Shown here: one piece after another, positions 59,968-64,000 of the stretch
Layout of the letters: the number at the start of each line of letters is the position of its first letter
Numbering within the stretch: the first letter of the stretch is position 1
NCBI GenBank assembly: GCA_965223795.1
Contig: CBDCXL010000002.1
Span: forward strand, 1,376,001 to 1,440,000
DNA: 64,000 bases
Reading direction: 5' to 3'
From: Nitrospinales bacterium
GTDB lineage: Bacteria > Nitrospinota > Nitrospinia > Nitrospinales > VA-1
Notes under the pieces: generated by a model
The model's input: the letters and a program-made list of their open reading frames with translations, nothing else
Told to the model about the DNA's origin: nothing
Databases searched by the model: none
Program-made: the position numbers and the translations under genes

Positions 59968-61104
59968 ATGCTGTATTCGCCGTCACCTTCAAATAAAGAT
60001 CTTTCTCCGGTCAAGGAAAAGCAACAGGGAACCGAACAGGAAAAACCTTCCCGGCAGACGATTCTGATCGTGGACGATTCGGAAGCCAACCGCATGCTTC
60101 TCAACGATCAGATCTTCGCTCTCGGGCACACGCCCATGCTGGCGGAAAACGGTCTTTCTGCGCTCAGCAAGATCACCGAAAATCCCCCGAGCCTCATCCT
60201 CCTGGATGTGATGATGCCGGAGATGAACGGGATCGAAGTGCTGGACCGCCTGAAAGCCGACAGCCAGTTGTGCCACATTCCCGTGATCATGATTTCCGCG
60301 CTGGACCAGATGAACAGCATCGTTCACTGCATTCAGAACGGTGCGCTGGATTACCTGGTCAAGCCCTTCAACCCGACTCTTCTGAAAGCCAGGATCAACG
60401 CGGCGCTGGCCAGCAAGAAGCTGCGCGACCAGGAACAGGCGTACCGCAAAAAGATCGAAAACTACAATTCGCTGCTGGAGCAGAAGGTGCGGGAACGCAC
60501 CCGCGAGCTGGAGGAAACACGGCTGGAGGTGGTCCACCGCCTGGGACGCGCGGCGGAATACCGCGATTACGAAACCGGGATGCACGTCGTGCGCATGAGC
60601 CACCTGTGCCGGCTTCTGGGAAGCGCGGCGGGTATGGACGAGAAGACCTGTCAGCTTCTGCAATTGTCCAGCCCCATGCACGATATCGGCAAGATCGGGA
60701 TTCCCGATTACATCCTGCTCAAGCCGGACAAACTGAGCGACTCGGAATGGGAAGTCATGAAGACCCACACCACCATCGGCGGTAAAATCCTGGACGGCGG
60801 CCGCTCGGAGCTGATGAAAATGGCGAAAACGATCGCCCTCACCCATCAGGAAAAATGGGACGGCTCCGGTTATCCCAAAGGACTCAAAGAAAAGGAAATT
60901 CCGCTGGTCGGGCGCATTTCCGCTGTGTGCGACGTGTTCGACGCGCTGACTTCGGAAAGACCGTACAAAAAGGCATACTCGGTCGAAGAATCGATCCGCA
61001 TCATGGAAAAAGGCAGGGGACGGCATTTCGATCCGCAACTGTTCGATCTGTTCAAACAAAACCTGTCCGCCATGGTGGAGATCATCCAAAAATACAGAGA
61101 CTGA
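59968..61104 (+). CDS. REC - HD-GYP cyclic-di-GMP phosphodiesterase (RpfG-like)
   Basis: LLDVMMP, ETGMHVVR, MHDIGKIG, HQEKWDGSGYP, DVFDAL, RPYK. Confidence 0.93.
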   Translation: MLYSPSPSNKDLSPVKEKQQGTEQEKPSRQTILIVDDSEANRMLLNDQIFALGHTPMLAENGLSALSKITENPPSLILLDVMMPEMNGIEVLDRLKADSQLCHIPVIMISALDQMNSIVHCIQNGALDYLVKPFNPTLLKARINAALASKKLRDQEQAYRKKIENYNSLLEQKVRERTRELEETRLEVVHRLGRAAEYRDYETGMHVVRMSHLCRLLGSAAGMDEKTCQLLQLSSPMHDIGKIGIPDYILLKPDKLSDSEWEVMKTHTTIGGKILDGGRSELMKMAKTIALTHQEKWDGSGYPKGLKEKEIPLVGRISAVCDVFDALTSERPYKKAYSVEESIRIMEKGRGRHFDPQLFDLFKQNLSAMVEIIQKYRD

Positions 61105-61181
61105 AACGGAACGGGCGCTTTCCGTCCTTCCGTTTCCAGGTTTGCACCCTGCTTTCTCCTCGAGCGCGGGTTGTGAATGCG

Positions 61182-61213
61182 AAAGGCCCGCGGGATTTCC
61201 CGCGGGCCTTTTC
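61182..61213 (+). terminator. Intrinsic terminator
   Basis: AAAGGCCCGCGGGA-TT-TCCCGCGGGCCTTTTC. Confidence 0.8.
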
Positions 61214-61330
61214 TGTTGCGCCGAAGCGACCGGTCAACAAGCTCTATCTTTGGCAGCCGGGATGGGCTACACTTGCAGCATGTCTGACCGGTCCATTCTG
61301 TCAACGTACAAGACCTCAACGGCAAGGCCC

Positions 61331-61789
61331 ATGTCTTTCTGGATCGCGCTCGCTCTTGTTGTGGGACTGGCGGCGGTGCTGCTCACCGGCTGCACAGGCA
61401 GCCCGCCGGCGACGCTCGGCACGTTCGCCAACTGTCCCGATTCGCCCAACTGCGTGTCCACCAAAGCCAGGGACGAAACGCACGCCATCGGGCCCATAAA
61501 GACCTCCATCCCCAAAAAAGAAGCGCAGGAACGCATCCTCAAAATCGTTGCGTCCCTGCCGCGCACACAGGTGGTGACGCAAAGCGAGGATTACCTGCAT
61601 GTGGAATTCACCTCGCGGATCTTCCGATTCGTCGACGATGTCGAGTTTTTCTTCGCCGAGGAACCGGGAACGATCCATTTCCGTTCCGCATCGCGGCTCG
61701 GCCGCTCGGACCTTGGCGTCAACCGCAAGCGCATGGAAACGATCCGCCGCCTGTTTGAAGCCTCCGCCCCCCCGAAAGAAGCCTCCTAG
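61331..61789 (+). CDS. DUF1499-family lipoprotein
   Basis: LTGC lipobox, CPDSPNCVS, FVDDVEF, RSASRLGRSDLGVNRKR. Confidence 0.88.
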   Translation: MSFWIALALVVGLAAVLLTGCTGSPPATLGTFANCPDSPNCVSTKARDETHAIGPIKTSIPKKEAQERILKIVASLPRTQVVTQSEDYLHVEFTSRIFRFVDDVEFFFAEEPGTIHFRSASRLGRSDLGVNRKRMETIRRLFEASAPPKEAS

Positions 61790-61905
61790 CTTTTCATGCG
61801 GGTTTGCCCGCCGGCCCGGCAGGGCTTTCCCTGTGCCGCCAAATCGGTTAGACTTTCAACTCCCAATTAAAACAAGCCACATCCAGACAGTCAGGAGATA
61901 CAACG

Positions 61906-63516
61906 ATGCAGAAAACCGCGCTCGCCGAATGGTCCAAGCTTGAAGACAGGGTGCCCGCCTACGGGCTGGTGGCCAATGTGGATCTCGTCCTCGTCCGCCA
62001 CGACGACAACGTTTCGGTGTTCTACGGCCGCTGCCCGCACCGGGGCGCGCTGTTGGCGGACGGTTCGGTGCAGGGCGATAACCTGATCTGCGGCGTGCAT
62101 GGCTGGGATTTCCGCTACGACACGGGCATCAGTGAATACAACAACGATGAGAAACTGCCTAAATTCTCCGCCTGGATCGAGAACGGCAAGGTATTCGTCG
62201 ACGAGGAGGAGATCGCCGCCTGGGAAAAGGAGCACCCGCAGTTCTACGACCGCGAGGCGTACCAGGGCCTGTACGCGGACATGAACGGAACGGACGCCGA
62301 ACCGCATGTGAAGTTCATCCAGAAGCTCGCCGAAGGCGGCCTGGACAAAGTGGGGGAGCACGGCCCCGTCGCCGCGATGGGCGTCTCTCACGAGGAGCTG
62401 CCCTCCTGGGATGACATCCAGATCCTGACCGCTCAGCTTGCCCGCCTGCCGCTTTTGGAGGAACAGCCGGTGGGAACGGAGGTGACGATCGGCCGCAACG
62501 CGCAAAAGCCGCTCAAGCTCGACATCCCGCTTTTTGTTTCGGACATGAGCTTCGGCGCTTTGTCGATGGAGGCCAAGGTCGCGCTGGCCAAGGGAGCCGA
62601 GCTTTCCGGAACCGGCATCTGCTCCGGCGAAGGCGGCATGCTGCCCGAGGAGCAGGCGGCCAATTCGCGCTATTTCTACGAGCTGGCGTCGGCGCGGTTC
62701 GGGTTTTCCATGGACAAGGTGAAGCGATGCCAGGCTTTTCATTTCAAGGGCGGACAGGGCGCCAAAACGGGCACCGGCGGGCACCTTCCGGGCTGCAAGG
62801 TCGACGCCAAGATCGCGTCGGTGCGGGGACTGGAAGAAGGTCAGGATGCGGTTTCACCGGCGCGCTTCCCCGACTGGGAGCACGAGAGCGATTACCGCGG
62901 CTTCGCGGAAACGGTGCGCGCGGAAACCGGCGGCATCCCGATCGGGTTCAAGCTGTCGGCGCAGCACATCGAAGCGGACATCGACGCCGCCCTGCGCATC
63001 GGCGTCGATTACATCATCCTGGACGGACGCGGCGGCGGCACCGGAGCGGCGCCGCTCATCTTCCGCGACAACATCTCGGTGCCGACCATCCCGGCTCTGG
63101 CGCGGGCGCGCCGTCACCTGGACGCCCTGGGGCGCGGGGACATCTCGCTCGTCATCACCGGGGGGCTCAGGACACCGGCGGATTTCATCAAGGCGCTCGC
63201 CCTGGGCGCGGACGCGGTGGCGGTCTCCAACGCGGCGATTCAGGCGATCGGCTGTCTGGGGATGCGCGCCTGCCACACCAACAACTGTCCGGTGGGCATC
63301 GCCACGCAGCGCGAGGACCTGCGCGCCCGGCTACTGGTCGATGAATCGGCGCAGAGGCTGGCCCGTTTTTTCCAGTCGGCGGTGGAGCTGATGAAGGTGT
63401 TGTGCCGCGCCTGCGGGCACACGCACTTCAATCAGATGAGTGTGAGCGATCTCACAACGTTCCATAAGGAAATGGCCGACCTCTCCGGCGTCGCCTTCGG
63501 CGGCGCGGGCGCCTGA
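61906..63516 (+). CDS. Rieske [2Fe-2S] domain fused to FMN-binding glutamate-synthase domain
   Basis: CPHRG...CGVHGW, MSFGALS, SGEGG, GQGAKTGTGGHLP, DGRGGGTGA, CLGMRACHTNNCPVGIATQ. Confidence 0.9.
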   Translation: MQKTALAEWSKLEDRVPAYGLVANVDLVLVRHDDNVSVFYGRCPHRGALLADGSVQGDNLICGVHGWDFRYDTGISEYNNDEKLPKFSAWIENGKVFVDEEEIAAWEKEHPQFYDREAYQGLYADMNGTDAEPHVKFIQKLAEGGLDKVGEHGPVAAMGVSHEELPSWDDIQILTAQLARLPLLEEQPVGTEVTIGRNAQKPLKLDIPLFVSDMSFGALSMEAKVALAKGAELSGTGICSGEGGMLPEEQAANSRYFYELASARFGFSMDKVKRCQAFHFKGGQGAKTGTGGHLPGCKVDAKIASVRGLEEGQDAVSPARFPDWEHESDYRGFAETVRAETGGIPIGFKLSAQHIEADIDAALRIGVDYIILDGRGGGTGAAPLIFRDNISVPTIPALARARRHLDALGRGDISLVITGGLRTPADFIKALALGADAVAVSNAAIQAIGCLGMRACHTNNCPVGIATQREDLRARLLVDESAQRLARFFQSAVELMKVLCRACGHTHFNQMSVSDLTTFHKEMADLSGVAFGGAGA

Positions 63517-63892
63517 AACCTTCCGGCGCGTTTTTCGACAAAGCACAAGCGGCACGCAATCGCCTGTTTGTGTTCCCCACCAAAACGGGCTGACATTTTT
63601 TTCCTGTCCCCATCGATCCACTGCACAGACAGCGGCATTTTTTTCTGCCGCCACGGGCGTGCTCTCTCCTTACGAATCAATGTTTCGAAACGGGATCGTG
63701 CTTGTGCGAAAAAAAATTTTATTTTTTTGCTTGCGCTTTGCGCCCAAACGCGCAACATTTATTGGTATCACGAACACAACATTGATGACCGACGGGGCCT
63801 TTTTTCATTGGACGTGACGTTTCGTCCCGTGGCCGGGCTGCGCGCAGGATGGGTCCCCGAGGGTCACCCCATTCCACAGGAAAGGGTCTGCC

Positions 63893-64000
63893 ATGAATCA
63901 CACTGAAAAAGATTTTCCCTGCCCATTTTGCGGCGAACCGATGTCCCAGGTCTTGAATCTTTCGGTCAACGGACAGATCTGCACGGAATTCTGTGAGATC
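63893..64000 (+). CDS. CPXCG-motif cysteine-rich small protein, runs off the window end
   Basis: MNHTEKDFPCPFCGEPMSQVLNLSVNGQICTEFCEI..., with a purine-rich RBS upstream. Confidence 0.65.
   Translation, partial: MNHTEKDFPCPFCGEPMSQVLNLSVNGQICTEFCEI

Overview
A GC-rich chromosomal segment from a Gram-negative bacterium. Gene content would fit a Nitrospinota or deltaproteobacteria-like lineage, but this is inference only. From left to right it holds: a PAS-GAF histidine kinase cut by the window edge; a nitrogen-assimilation block (glnB-glnA-phzF-like-glnE); an envelope block (clpC, bamA, skp, fabZ, lpxA, GnnA-like oxidoreductase, lpxI, lpxB, DUF374); metH; an accessory stretch (coiled-coil kinase, sorbosone-DH-like, FGE-domain lipoprotein, ParB-like, TPR, a cysteine dioxygenase-methyltransferase fusion, and a multicopper oxidase preceded by a CutF/CruR-like Cys/Pro leader gene); uvrC; an amino-acid ABC transporter; a 132-bp MITE-like element; Pth2; an NSS transporter; a degenerate M48 protein with an SH3 partner; purM; gdh; yjbQ; a two-component/c-di-GMP cluster; and a Rieske-glutamate-synthase-domain fusion. 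I saw no rRNA, tRNA, CRISPR array or transposase. The strongest leads are (1) the Arg-type CDO fused to a SAM methyltransferase and (2) a probable copper-sensing leader-peptide switch with an anti-Shine-Dalgarno pairing ahead of the multicopper oxidase, whose 5' end carries two apparent frameshifts. All calls come from reading motifs by eye; no database searches were run.
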